NCBI GenBank assembly: GCA_016650355.1
Contig: JAENVX010000083.1
Coordinates: 1 to 38,985 of the forward strand
Length of the DNA: 38,985 nucleotides
Reading direction: 5' to 3'
Source: Bacteroidia bacterium
GTDB taxonomy: Bacteria; Bacteroidota; Bacteroidia; Cytophagales; Cyclobacteriaceae
Below the pieces are notes generated by a model, which saw only the letters and a list, made by a program, of their open reading frames with translations, was not told the DNA's origin and ran no database searches. Below are positions 9,770 to 18,964 of the stretch, in pieces; within the stretch, counting starts at the first letter, position 1, and each line of letters opens with the position of its first letter. The position numbers and the translations under genes are program-made.

Positions 9770-12469
9770 TTAAAACCTAAAACTATATGTTAACGATGGC
9801 AAAACAGTGCCTACAACTGATAGTTGATACGGTCGCAAGATTCCATTGCCGTTATCCTTGAAAAAAATGGTGTAAGGATTCCTGCGAGCATAGACGTTGT
9901 AAATGGATAAAGTCCATGTTCCGTCCCAGAATTTTTTTCTTTTATGATTTCCCTCCATGACAAACGCTATATCCAAACGGTGATAGTCAGGGATTCGATA
10001 CTGGTTGCGTTCTGAAAAATTCGCAACGGTTATGTTGTCAATGCTAAAACCAGAAAGCGGGCTGGTAATTGGCCTCCCAGTTCTAAAAGTGAAATTTCCT
10101 GTAAAGAAATACCTTCGGGAAATAGCATACTTCCAATTAACATTTAAGATATTAGGCTGATCGAAATTGGACGGATACTCCTCTCCTTTATTGACAGACT
10201 CTTCTTCCGTAGCTCCATTAATGGTACGAAGTGAACGGGAATAGGTATAATTTATAGAGCCTGTTAATCTTCCGTTGTTTTTCGCGATCGAAGTTTCAAC
10301 GCCATAGGCTCTTCCTGTGCCTTGAAGCAAATCCGTCTCCAGTTGAGGATTCAAGAGTAGTTGTGCACCATCTTTGAAGTCAAGAATGTTGGTAAATTTT
10401 TTGTAGAATACCTCAGCAAATGCTTCATACGTTTTTTCCTTAAAGTTTTGAAAATATCCTATGGATAGCTGATCTGCGAATTGCGGCTTGAAATAATATC
10501 CGCTTGGCTGCCAAATATCTACAGGAGTAATAGCAGTTGTATTTGTTATCAAATGCAAATATTGATTCATCCGATTGTACCCCAATTTTATAGATGATGA
10601 CGGACTTATATTGTACCGGAAAGAAAGGCGCGGCTCAATTCCATTATAACTTTTAATTCTCTCTCCACTCGAAAAGTTCAACGTATCGATAAGATTGACT
10701 GACTCAATTGGCAATTCGGATTTGTATACATTGACAGAGCCCGGACCCAGCGCGCTAAATAGTGAAAACCGAAGTCCACCTTCAACAAAAAAGTTATCGT
10801 TAATCGTATATCCATCGCCAGCATAAATCCCTGTCTCAATGGATTGTTGCTTTCCCATTTCAATATACTTGACATTCGATTCAGGTGATGAGGGTACAAG
10901 TGTACCAGGATTAAACCCATAGTACACACTTTGAATACCGTATGACAATTTGTGAGAGCCTGACTGGTAATGAAAGTCCGCCTTCACAGAAGGATAAGTG
11001 ATCTTATAAGTAAGGCTGAACCCGGTTTTGGGATCCGTATCCAGTACTTCATAATCGTAGCTACCATATCCAACTATAAATGTCGAAGTAAGACGAGAGG
11101 ATATTGAATGATCGAGTCGAAGCGATCCAAGAAGATTGCCCCATCGATAAGAAGAATCTCCAGCCAATCGAAATTGGTCATGGCTAGAGTACCCAGAAAA
11201 GGTGAGCTTAGTATTATTACTGAACTTATGACTAAGCTTAGCTGTTCCGTCATAAAAAAAAACAGAACTATTCCTCAGATCGACATAGTTAGTGCGTACA
11301 GCATGAATTAGCCAGTCTGAATAGTTTGCACGAAGTGATAAGGCCAAAGAAGTCTTGTCCTTAACAAGGGGGCCATTAAGCATTAAATTACTGGATAACA
11401 TTCCTACACCTCCGCTGCCTTTCCACTTTTCATAGTCTCCCTCTTTGGAGTTAATTTCAAGAACGGACGAAACGCGTCCCCCAAACTCCGCTGGAATACC
11501 TCCCCTGTAAAACAGCACATCACGCACGGCCTCGGCATTAAATGTTGAGAAAAATCCAAAAACATGTGAGCTGTTGAAGACAGGCATGCCATCATAAAGA
11601 ACCAAATTCTGATCAACACTGCCACCTCTCACATTAAATCCGGATGCTGCCTCACCCGCAGTCGTTACACCTGGCAAATTCTGAATTTGTTTTATCAGAT
11701 CAACTTCTCCTAAAAATGACGGTGCTTTTTTTATTTCTTTCATACTGAGTTGGGTCAGCCCTATATTACTTGTGGCTATTTCACGAGCCTCTTTGTCCTG
11801 AATAACTATTTCATCCAAGAGGGTTGGCATTTCCTCAAGAGATACATTTATTTCTCCACTTTCATATGCACCTAACTCAATTACCCTCTCTTCATAGTTT
11901 ACATAACTTACGTTGACGATGTGCTCTCCTGCTGGAACACGAAGCTCATATTTTCCTTCCGCATTGGTTATTGTTACCACGGAGATGTCGCTCACCTGAA
12001 TTGTACTGCCAACCAATGGCTCCATGGTTTTGGAATCAAGAATCTGCCCCCTCACTACAAACATTTCATTACGTTTAGCACTGGTAGAATTACCAAGCAA
12101 CATACGATCGATTTTTTTCCGTTCTCGCTGAGCTATATTGATTAAGTTCTTCCGTTGTATCGCTTGCCTCGGATCTTTTACTATCACGATATCTGATTCG
12201 TTAAGTAAAATGTAATTTAACTCTGTCCCTCGGAATAGCTCATCGAGCACCTGACGTAAAGCTTGGTCCTCAAAATTTTCTTCAAAGGCAATATCCTCTA
12301 TCCATGCTTCTAAAAAATAAAACCTAACGGGATGTGTTTTTTCAAACTCTTCAAGGAAGGCGGAAACCCTTTTTCCCTTCTCAGCCCCTTCAGCCTTTTG
12401 ATCTAGAATGGGTTGCGAAAATGAATTAACCCCTGCTAACGTAATAAGGGTGATTAAAAAAAGTCTCAC
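9770..12469 (-). CDS. TonB-dependent receptor with N-terminal extension and carboxypeptidase-regulatory-like domain
   Basis: Signal peptide, LPGV..GFNVRGG..DQNL plug, GGRVSSVL, YHRLDI, YNVYARRNP, terminal YSFRF. Confidence 0.93.
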   Translation of the reverse strand: MRLFLITLITLAGVNSFSQPILDQKAEGAEKGKRVSAFLEEFEKTHPVRFYFLEAWIEDIAFEENFEDQALRQVLDELFRGTELNYILLNESDIVIVKDPRQAIQRKNLINIAQRERKKIDRMLLGNSTSAKRNEMFVVRGQILDSKTMEPLVGSTIQVSDISVVTITNAEGKYELRVPAGEHIVNVSYVNYEERVIELGAYESGEINVSLEEMPTLLDEIVIQDKEAREIATSNIGLTQLSMKEIKKAPSFLGEVDLIKQIQNLPGVTTAGEAASGFNVRGGSVDQNLVLYDGMPVFNSSHVFGFFSTFNAEAVRDVLFYRGGIPAEFGGRVSSVLEINSKEGDYEKWKGSGGVGMLSSNLMLNGPLVKDKTSLALSLRANYSDWLIHAVRTNYVDLRNSSVFFYDGTAKLSHKFSNNTKLTFSGYSSHDQFRLAGDSSYRWGNLLGSLRLDHSISSRLTSTFIVGYGSYDYEVLDTDPKTGFSLTYKITYPSVKADFHYQSGSHKLSYGIQSVYYGFNPGTLVPSSPESNVKYIEMGKQQSIETGIYAGDGYTINDNFFVEGGLRFSLFSALGPGSVNVYKSELPIESVNLIDTLNFSSGERIKSYNGIEPRLSFRYNISPSSSIKLGYNRMNQYLHLITNTTAITPVDIWQPSGYYFKPQFADQLSIGYFQNFKEKTYEAFAEVFYKKFTNILDFKDGAQLLLNPQLETDLLQGTGRAYGVETSIAKNNGRLTGSINYTYSRSLRTINGATEEESVNKGEEYPSNFDQPNILNVNWKYAISRRYFFTGNFTFRTGRPITSPLSGFSIDNITVANFSERNQYRIPDYHRLDIAFVMEGNHKRKKFWDGTWTLSIYNVYARRNPYTIFFKDNGNGILRPYQLSVVGTVLPSLTYSFRF

Positions 12470-12517
12470 GCTATGGGGTCATTAAAAACTATGGTGTGAA
12501 AGATAAAATAGTAAATC

Positions 12518-12555
12518 CACTTTCCAAAGACGATTTATAGGAGAAATGGAAAGTG
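12518..12555. repeat. 9-bp perfect inverted repeat CACTTTCCA-N20-TGGAAAGTG
   Basis: Seen between the aguA stop and the TonB receptor start; no clear U-tract, function unknown. Confidence 0.45.
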
Positions 12556-12565
12556 AGTATGTACT

Positions 12566-13600
12566 CTAGACTACTGGCTCTTGCTGGCTGAGGCAATGAA
12601 ATGACCCCAATCCCCAAATGATATCCCAGGAATCAAGCCCAATCACTTTTCGATCTTTGAAACACTTTTGGAGAATTGCCAATGCTTTATCATCGTTCTT
12701 ATCGCGGTAAGTAGGCACGACAACATATTTATTTGATATGTAAAAGTTTGCGTACGAGGCAGGCAATCTCATGTCGTCAAAAACAATTGGCGAAGGCATA
12801 GGCAGTTCAACAATGTTGATTTGCTTGCCTGATTCAAGTCTCAATGATTTTAGTTTTTTTAAATTTTCCTGAAGAGGTGCGTAATTCTCATCATTTCTGT
12901 TCTCCTCTACCACAGTAACAACAGTGTCTTCATTTACAAACCGAGTGATATCATCGATATGGCCATCTGTATCATCACCAACAATACCATCGCCAAGCCA
13001 GAGAATGTTCGAAACATTGTAGTAGCTTGATAAATATTCCTCAATCTGTTTCTGGTTGAGGTGTGGATTTCGGTTTGGATTTAACAGGCAAGATGATGTG
13101 GTAAGTAAAGTACCATTCCCATTAAAATCAACCGAACCACCCTCCATCACAATACCCGGATAGAGTACTGGCACGTTTAAGTAGATCGCAACCAACGTGG
13201 GGATATTATCATCAAGATCAAATGGAGGATATTTGCCACCCCAGGCATTGTATCCCCAATCAATAATCATTTTCTTCTTTTCATCTGGGTTAACCAAAAA
13301 AGCAGGGCCATGATCACGGCACCACGCATCGTTGGTTGGATGCAGGTAGAATTGAATATTCGAAAAATCTGCTCCGCCCTTTTGAAGATGTGCAATCGCT
13401 TTGCTTTTCATTGCCTCATCCACAACATTGATATTCACCTTCTCTCCTTCTGAAACACGCTTGATGAATTCGCAATAGATAGGATAGATTACTTCAATCT
13501 TCCCTGGCCAGGATGCCTCCTTATGTGGCCAACTTAGCCAGGTCGCTGAATGCTCAGCAAATTCTGCTGGAAAGAAATAACCTTGTTCTTTAGGCGTCAT
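12566..13600 (-). CDS. aguA: Agmatine deiminase family protein
   Basis: PAEF, DAWCRDHGP, EGGS, DTDGHIDD, ASYANF, GSFHCLSQQEP (catalytic Cys). Confidence 0.93.
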   Translation of the reverse strand: MTPKEQGYFFPAEFAEHSATWLSWPHKEASWPGKIEVIYPIYCEFIKRVSEGEKVNINVVDEAMKSKAIAHLQKGGADFSNIQFYLHPTNDAWCRDHGPAFLVNPDEKKKMIIDWGYNAWGGKYPPFDLDDNIPTLVAIYLNVPVLYPGIVMEGGSVDFNGNGTLLTTSSCLLNPNRNPHLNQKQIEEYLSSYYNVSNILWLGDGIVGDDTDGHIDDITRFVNEDTVVTVVEENRNDENYAPLQENLKKLKSLRLESGKQINIVELPMPSPIVFDDMRLPASYANFYISNKYVVVPTYRDKNDDKALAILQKCFKDRKVIGLDSWDIIWGLGSFHCLSQQEPVV

Positions 13601-13612
13601 TGTAGAATTACA

Positions 13613-13647
13613 AGTTTCCAGTTACCGGTAACCAGTAACTGGCAACT
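13613..13647. repeat. Heptamer-periodic palindromic intergenic element
   Basis: 13-bp arms AGTTTCCAGTTAC / GTAACTGGCAACT (one mismatch); internal perfect palindrome GTTACCGGTAAC at 13621-13632. Confidence 0.6.
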
Positions 13648-13650
13648 GAT

Positions 13651-14532
13651 TTAATCTTCGTCTATAAATCTCTTTGTGATCGGTTGATAAGAATCAATTC
13701 TTCGGTCGCGTAGGAAAGGCCAGTGCGTGCGATAGCGATCCGTTTTTGTTAAATCTATTTCCAATACGTTTACTTCTTCCTGATCATGCGATGCCTTATA
13801 CAAAATGCTTCCAAATGGATTCGAAATAAATGACCCTCCCCAGAAATTCATTGCACCATTTTGCTCAAGCCCAACTCTATTCACACTCACAACATGAACC
13901 CCATTTGCAACAGAGTGACTGCATTGAATAGTTTGCCAGGCATTGTGTTGTTCAGTGTTGGTAGCTTCATCTTGCGAAGTTGCCCAACCTATGGCTGTCG
14001 GGTAGAACAAGATTTCAGCTCCCATCAAAGACGTAATGCGCGCTGCTTCCGGATACCACTGATCCCAACAAATTAAAACGCCAAACGTGGCGAATTTAGT
14101 TTTGAAGATTTTATAACCAAGGTCCCCTGGGGTGAAGTAAAATTTTTCGTAGTATGCTGGATCGTCTGGTATATGCATTTTGCGATACTTACCCAAATAA
14201 CTTCCATCTGCATCGATTACAACTGTTGTATTATGATAAATCCCCTGCGTTCTTTTTTCAAAAAGAGAAGCAATGATAACGACACCAAGCTCCTTCGATA
14301 GCTTAGATAAGGAATCAGTTGTTGGCCCTGGAATTGACTCTGCAAGTTTGAAGTTATCATAATCCTCTACGTCACAAAAGTAGAGTGACGTGAACAATTC
14401 CTGTAAACAAACAATTTGCGCTCCTTTAGCAACAGCATCTTTTATTTTTGTTATTGCTTTATTAAGATTCTCTTCCGGGCTTTTAGTGCAACTCATCTGC
14501 ACCGTACCAATTTTCACATTTTTACTCCCCAC
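13651..14532 (-). CDS. aguB: N-carbamoylputrescine amidase (carbon-nitrogen hydrolase)
   Basis: E-K-C triad in CLQELF, YRKMHIPDDP, ICWDQW; YPTAIGW; adjacent to agmatine deiminase. Confidence 0.9.
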   Translation of the reverse strand: MGSKNVKIGTVQMSCTKSPEENLNKAITKIKDAVAKGAQIVCLQELFTSLYFCDVEDYDNFKLAESIPGPTTDSLSKLSKELGVVIIASLFEKRTQGIYHNTTVVIDADGSYLGKYRKMHIPDDPAYYEKFYFTPGDLGYKIFKTKFATFGVLICWDQWYPEAARITSLMGAEILFYPTAIGWATSQDEATNTEQHNAWQTIQCSHSVANGVHVVSVNRVGLEQNGAMNFWGGSFISNPFGSILYKASHDQEEVNVLEIDLTKTDRYRTHWPFLRDRRIDSYQPITKRFIDED

Positions 14533-14553
14533 GATATGAAATATTTATTCAGA

Positions 14554-14561
14554 CAAAAATA
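14554..14561 (-). promoter_or_regulatory. -7 promoter element (TATTTTTG) for aguB-aguA
   Basis: Exact TAnnTTTG 21 nt upstream of the GTG start. Confidence 0.55.
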
Positions 14562-14582
14562 GGAATTTGAAATTACTAAAGA

Positions 14583-15263
14583 TCAGGATTTTACAGCACG
14601 TACCATTTCTTTTTTGCCGGGTGGCCCCGGAAGTGTTTCTACCAAAAGCCCCAATGATTTTAGATCGCGTTTAAGTTGCCCTCTTGCACAATAGGTAACA
14701 AATACAGCACCTGACTTCATAGATTGCTCAACCTTTCTTAATACTGCCAGCTCCCATAGCTCAGGTTGCTTGCTCGGTGCAAAGGCATCGAAAAAAATCA
14801 CATCATATTTTTCAGCTTCCAGATCAACATCCTGAAGTTTAGTATGACGCTTTAAGAGAGAAAATGTATTAGTTATATCTATCTGTTCTCCCCAACCAGA
14901 TTGATGGAGCTGTAAGAAATACTTTTCGGAAGCTGTAAAGTTTAGAATTTTTGGGTAGTTCAATTTGGAGGAGATTTCCTCTTCGATTGGAAAAGCCTCT
15001 AGTGATTCATAGTGAATTAATGTAGGATAGGACAGACTTTTTTGAATCGTTAATAGCGCATTAAGCCCTGTCCCAAAACCTATTTCCAAAACGTTGATCT
15101 CGGCCTGTTTGGTTTTTTCCTGGAAATATTCCAATCCATTTTTAACAAAGACATGCATGGATTCTTGAATGGCGCCATGCACCGAATGGTAGGTTTCTCC
15201 TAATTCGGCATTAAATAATGAATGTGAACCATCGGAGGTTGTTATTAGCTTAACCTCGCCCAT
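14583..15263 (-). CDS. mnmD: tRNA mnm5s2U34 methyltransferase MnmD (stand-alone MnmC methyltransferase domain)
   Basis: TSDGSHSL, YHSVHGAIQESMHVF, LEIGFGTGLN, FDAFAP, PGPPGKKEM. Confidence 0.9.
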   Translation of the reverse strand: MGEVKLITTSDGSHSLFNAELGETYHSVHGAIQESMHVFVKNGLEYFQEKTKQAEINVLEIGFGTGLNALLTIQKSLSYPTLIHYESLEAFPIEEEISSKLNYPKILNFTASEKYFLQLHQSGWGEQIDITNTFSLLKRHTKLQDVDLEAEKYDVIFFDAFAPSKQPELWELAVLRKVEQSMKSGAVFVTYCARGQLKRDLKSLGLLVETLPGPPGKKEMVRAVKS

Positions 15264-15265
15264 AG

Positions 15266-15742
15266 CTACTTCTTAATAAGTGCTACAGCATAGGCATTAA
15301 CTCCTTCCTGTCTACCCACATAGCCAAGCGTTTCATTCGTTGTTGCTTTAATGGAAATATCATCTTCGCTAATGTTCATTAAAGGCGCCAGTACTTTTTT
15401 CATGTCGGGTATATGAGGATTTACTTTTGGCTGTTCTAAACATAGCGTACAATCAATATTTTCTATTTGCCAGCCTTTAGCAACAAGCATTTTAGTGACT
15501 TCTCTTAAAAAGTATTTACTGTCCTTTCCCTTCCACCGACTATCCGTATTGGAAAAATGAAATCCTATATCGCGCAAATTTGCCGCACCCAACAGCGCAT
15601 CACATATAGCATGAATAAGGACATCAGCATCACTGTGCCCGACAGCTCCCTTTTCTGCCGAAAGCTTTATCCCTCCCAACCAAAAATCATGGCCATCTTC
15701 CAGTTGATGCACATCGAAACCCATGCCTACTCTGATCTTCAT
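15266..15742 (-). CDS. ispF: 2-C-methyl-D-erythritol 2,4-cyclodiphosphate synthase
   Basis: RVGMGFDVH, GHSDADVLIHA, DIGFHF, KATTNE. Confidence 0.97.
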   Translation of the reverse strand: MKIRVGMGFDVHQLEDGHDFWLGGIKLSAEKGAVGHSDADVLIHAICDALLGAANLRDIGFHFSNTDSRWKGKDSKYFLREVTKMLVAKGWQIENIDCTLCLEQPKVNPHIPDMKKVLAPLMNISEDDISIKATTNETLGYVGRQEGVNAYAVALIKK

Positions 15743-15751
15743 CTTTGATTT

Positions 15752-16105
15752 TTAAACAGCTAGGAAACTTCCATCTACAATTAACAGCTTTGCTCCATCT
15801 GGTGCAAAAGAACGATGCGAACTTAATACATCAGATACCTGATATGACATACCCTTCGTCATTTGGAATTTCTTTCCATCACTTAACTCTGTTATAAGCT
15901 CACCCTCCAGAACAAAAAGCAGGTGGCCTTTTTGACACCAATGGTCGGCTAGGTAATTTTTAGAGTACTCCACCATTCTAATTCGTAAGCCTCCCAATTC
16001 TTTTGTTTGCCAGGTAGCAACACCAGTTTCCCCAGGGTGGGAAGTAGATGAAACTGTGCTCCAGTCGGTCACGTCAAAGGGGATACTATACTTTTCAAGG
16101 GACAT
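15752..16105 (-). CDS. DHCW-motif cupin fold protein
   Basis: HPGETGVATW, RMVEYS, ADHWCQKGH, GMSYQVSD motifs. Confidence 0.88.
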   Translation of the reverse strand: MSLEKYSIPFDVTDWSTVSSTSHPGETGVATWQTKELGGLRIRMVEYSKNYLADHWCQKGHLLFVLEGELITELSDGKKFQMTKGMSYQVSDVLSSHRSFAPDGAKLLIVDGSFLAV

Positions 16106-16115
16106 TATTTCTAAT

Positions 16116-17357
16116 TTAGTTATTCACAGCTTTGTAATACATCACAGAAGAATTTTCATCTCTTAATACCTCACCCGCTACTCGCTTAATATCTTGCAAC
16201 GTAACGGAACTAATTAATTTAGCTTCCTGATTAACCCAATCCGGATCGCCAGACAGCGTAGCAAACGCAAGGTTCATAGCACGATTCATCACTTCTACCT
16301 CCCCAAATTCTAAACTTGCTTCGGCTTGATTCTTCACTTTTTCAAGTTCCTCTTCCTTCGCTCCCTCCTCTACTATCTTTCTCAATATATCATCCACTTC
16401 ATTTTCTGCTCTCTTTAAGTCAACGCCTTCCTTCACTCGCCCGCTCACCACAAACAATCCCGGATCAATCGTGCTCATGACAAAAGAAGAGACCGAAGTA
16501 AATATTTCTTTTTCCTTTACTAGCTGTTGATAAAATCTACTTGATTGTCCTCTGCTGAGAACATCGCTCAATAAATCAACGGCATAATAATCCGGATGAA
16601 ATCGGCCTGGCATGTGATAGGTTTTATAAAGCGCATCTGCAGGCACTTTGGCCTCTATTTCTAAAACACGTTTCTCGGTTTGCTTAGGTTCCATTGGTAA
16701 TTTTCGCTCGGCCTTTTTTCCAGCTGGAATTGGGCCAAACCATTTTTCTGAAAGTTGTTTAACCTGATCGAGTGTCACATGACCGGCTACCACCAACACA
16801 GCATTATTTGGAACATAATGTGCAAAGAAAAAATCCCTTACATCATGCATAGTGGCCATTTCAATATGACTAATTTCTTTACCTATGGTAGCCCACTGAT
16901 ATGGGTGAACTTGATAGGCAAGTGGGCGAAGCTTTAACCACACATCTCCATAAGGTTGATTGAGATATCGCTGTTTAAATTCCTCAATCACTACTTTCTG
17001 TTGCACCTCTAGCACTTTAGGATCAAATGAAAGACTTAGCATACGATCACTTTCTAGCCAAAATCCTGTTTCAAGATTCGCAGCAGGAACTGTCAAGTAG
17101 TAATTGGTGATGTCCGTACTAGTAAAAGCGTTGTTTTCACCTCCTACTTTCTGAAGAGGCTCATCATAACTAGGTACGTTGGCTGAACCACCGAACATTA
17201 AATGCTCGAATAGATGTGCGAAACCGGTTTTGTTGGGTAGCTCATCGCGTGAACCGACATTGTACAAAATATTTAATACGGCTATTTGCACAGTATGATC
17301 TTCGTGTACAAGAACTTTAAGTCCATTGGAAAGAGTGAATTGATGGAATGAAATCAT
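16116..17357 (-). CDS. M16 family zinc metallopeptidase
   Basis: Inverted zinc motif HLFEH, NAFTS, ESDRM; ATG 17357 preferred. Confidence 0.93.
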   Translation of the reverse strand: MISFHQFTLSNGLKVLVHEDHTVQIAVLNILYNVGSRDELPNKTGFAHLFEHLMFGGSANVPSYDEPLQKVGGENNAFTSTDITNYYLTVPAANLETGFWLESDRMLSLSFDPKVLEVQQKVVIEEFKQRYLNQPYGDVWLKLRPLAYQVHPYQWATIGKEISHIEMATMHDVRDFFFAHYVPNNAVLVVAGHVTLDQVKQLSEKWFGPIPAGKKAERKLPMEPKQTEKRVLEIEAKVPADALYKTYHMPGRFHPDYYAVDLLSDVLSRGQSSRFYQQLVKEKEIFTSVSSFVMSTIDPGLFVVSGRVKEGVDLKRAENEVDDILRKIVEEGAKEEELEKVKNQAEASLEFGEVEVMNRAMNLAFATLSGDPDWVNQEAKLISSVTLQDIKRVAGEVLRDENSSVMYYKAVNN

Positions 17358-17363
17358 GTATGC

Positions 17364-17371
17364 CAAAAATA
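17364..17371 (-). promoter_or_regulatory. -7 promoter element (TATTTTTG) for the M16 peptidase operon
   Basis: Exact TAnnTTTG only 6 nt from the ATG. Confidence 0.5.
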
Positions 17372-17580
17372 CATAGAATACAGTTACTTGCGCCTGAATG
17401 TTGGATAGTCTGCGTTCTAAAAAATTGAACGATTTGTTTTTATCTACCCAAGAGTATCAAGAAATGGATGGTTTGTTTGTCGAAAGGTGATTTAATCCGG
17501 TAATTACCAACAAAAACAATTCTTCAGATTCTGAGATTTCTCAAATCCTGTTCATATTTGCAGGGTTCTAATCCTTTTGC

Positions 17581-18285
17581 ATGAAGTATAAACGTATCGT
17601 CCTCAAACTAAGCGGTGAATCGCTGATGGGTTCCAGACACAGTAATATCGATCCCGCTGTATTAGAACAATACTCAGAAGAAATTAAAGCAGTGAAGGAT
17701 GAGGGTGTGGAGATTGCCATTGTAATTGGAGGAGGTAATATTTTTAGAGGAGGGCAGGCTGAAGCATTAGGAATAGAGCGGGTACAGGGTGACTACATGG
17801 GTATGCTGGCCACCGTAATCAATGCGATGGCTTTGCAAAGCGCACTCGAACGTCATGGGATGTTCACGCGATTGATGTCAGGTATTAAGATGGAACAGGT
17901 ATGTGAGCCATTTATTAAAAGAAGGGCCATACGCCATTTGGAAAAAGGAAGGATCGTGATCTTCGGAGCCGGAATTGGAAACCCCTATTTTACGACTGAC
18001 TCCACTGCCAGTTTAAGGGCAATAGAAGTTCAGGCTGATGTGGTACTCAAGGGTACGCGAGTAGATGGAGTTTATACAAAAGATCCCGAGAAATTTCCAG
18101 ATGCTGTGCGATTCAAAACGCTAACATTTCAGGAAGCTTACGCAAAAAACCTGAACATCATGGACATGACCGCCTTTACGCTGTGCATGGAAAACAAATT
18201 GCCCATTATTGTCTTTGATATGAACAATAAAGGAAACTTACTTAAGATTGCGCGAGGCGAAGAGGCGGGTACATTAATAAGCTAA
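17581..18285 (+). CDS. pyrH: Uridylate kinase
   Basis: [35 protein letters not shown]. Confidence 0.97.
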   Translation: MKYKRIVLKLSGESLMGSRHSNIDPAVLEQYSEEIKAVKDEGVEIAIVIGGGNIFRGGQAEALGIERVQGDYMGMLATVINAMALQSALERHGMFTRLMSGIKMEQVCEPFIKRRAIRHLEKGRIVIFGAGIGNPYFTTDSTASLRAIEVQADVVLKGTRVDGVYTKDPEKFPDAVRFKTLTFQEAYAKNLNIMDMTAFTLCMENKLPIIVFDMNNKGNLLKIARGEEAGTLIS

Positions 18286-18349
18286 TTTAATAATTAATGG
18301 ACGATGACCTTCTAATTATTCACATCTAACGACTCAATACTATTTAGTT

Positions 18350-18904
18350 ATGGAAGAACTCGAACTATATCTGGATGAAGCAAAAGACCTAATGGGTAAA
18401 TCCTACTCACATGTTGGACATGAGCTCACCAAAATCAGAGCAGGAAAAGCAAGTGCAAATATGCTGGACGGGATTATGGTTTCTTATTATGGCGCCTTGA
18501 GCCCTTTGAGTCAAATATCTTCCATTACAACACCGGATGCCAGGAGTCTTTTCATCAAGCCATGGGAAAAATCATTGATTCAGGAGATTGAAAAGGCAAT
18601 TTTGCAAGCCAATCTTGGACTTACTCCCCAAAATGACGGTCAGCAAGTAATTATCAATGTGCCTATGCTTACAGAAGAACGTAGAAAACAATTGGTAAAA
18701 CAGGCCGGTCAGGAATGTGAGCATGGTAAAGTAAGCATTCGCACGATCCGCAAAGAAATCAACGAGCAGTTGAAGAAAGTCAAAGGCGTTTCGGAAGATG
18801 ATGTGAAAAATGCGGAAGAAACAGTGCAGAAGTTAACCGATGAATTTATCTTAAAGATTGATGCGTTAATGAAGAAAAAGGAAGCGGACATCATGACTGT
18901 CTAG
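18350..18904 (+). CDS. frr: Ribosome recycling factor
   Basis: IRAGKA, IKPWEK, LGLTPQNDG, LTEERRK; follows pyrH. Confidence 0.97.
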   Translation: MEELELYLDEAKDLMGKSYSHVGHELTKIRAGKASANMLDGIMVSYYGALSPLSQISSITTPDARSLFIKPWEKSLIQEIEKAILQANLGLTPQNDGQQVIINVPMLTEERRKQLVKQAGQECEHGKVSIRTIRKEINEQLKKVKGVSEDDVKNAEETVQKLTDEFILKIDALMKKKEADIMTV

Positions 18905-18920
18905 AATGTTGAATACGATA

Positions 18921-18952
18921 TAAAAAAAGGCACCAGTTGGTGCCTTTTTTTA
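18921..18952. terminator. Bidirectional intrinsic terminator between frr and the isomerase gene
   Basis: Perfect inverted repeat TAAAAAAAGGCACC-agtt-GGTGCCTTTTTTTA. Confidence 0.92.
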
Positions 18953-18964
18953 TGGTGGTTTTAA

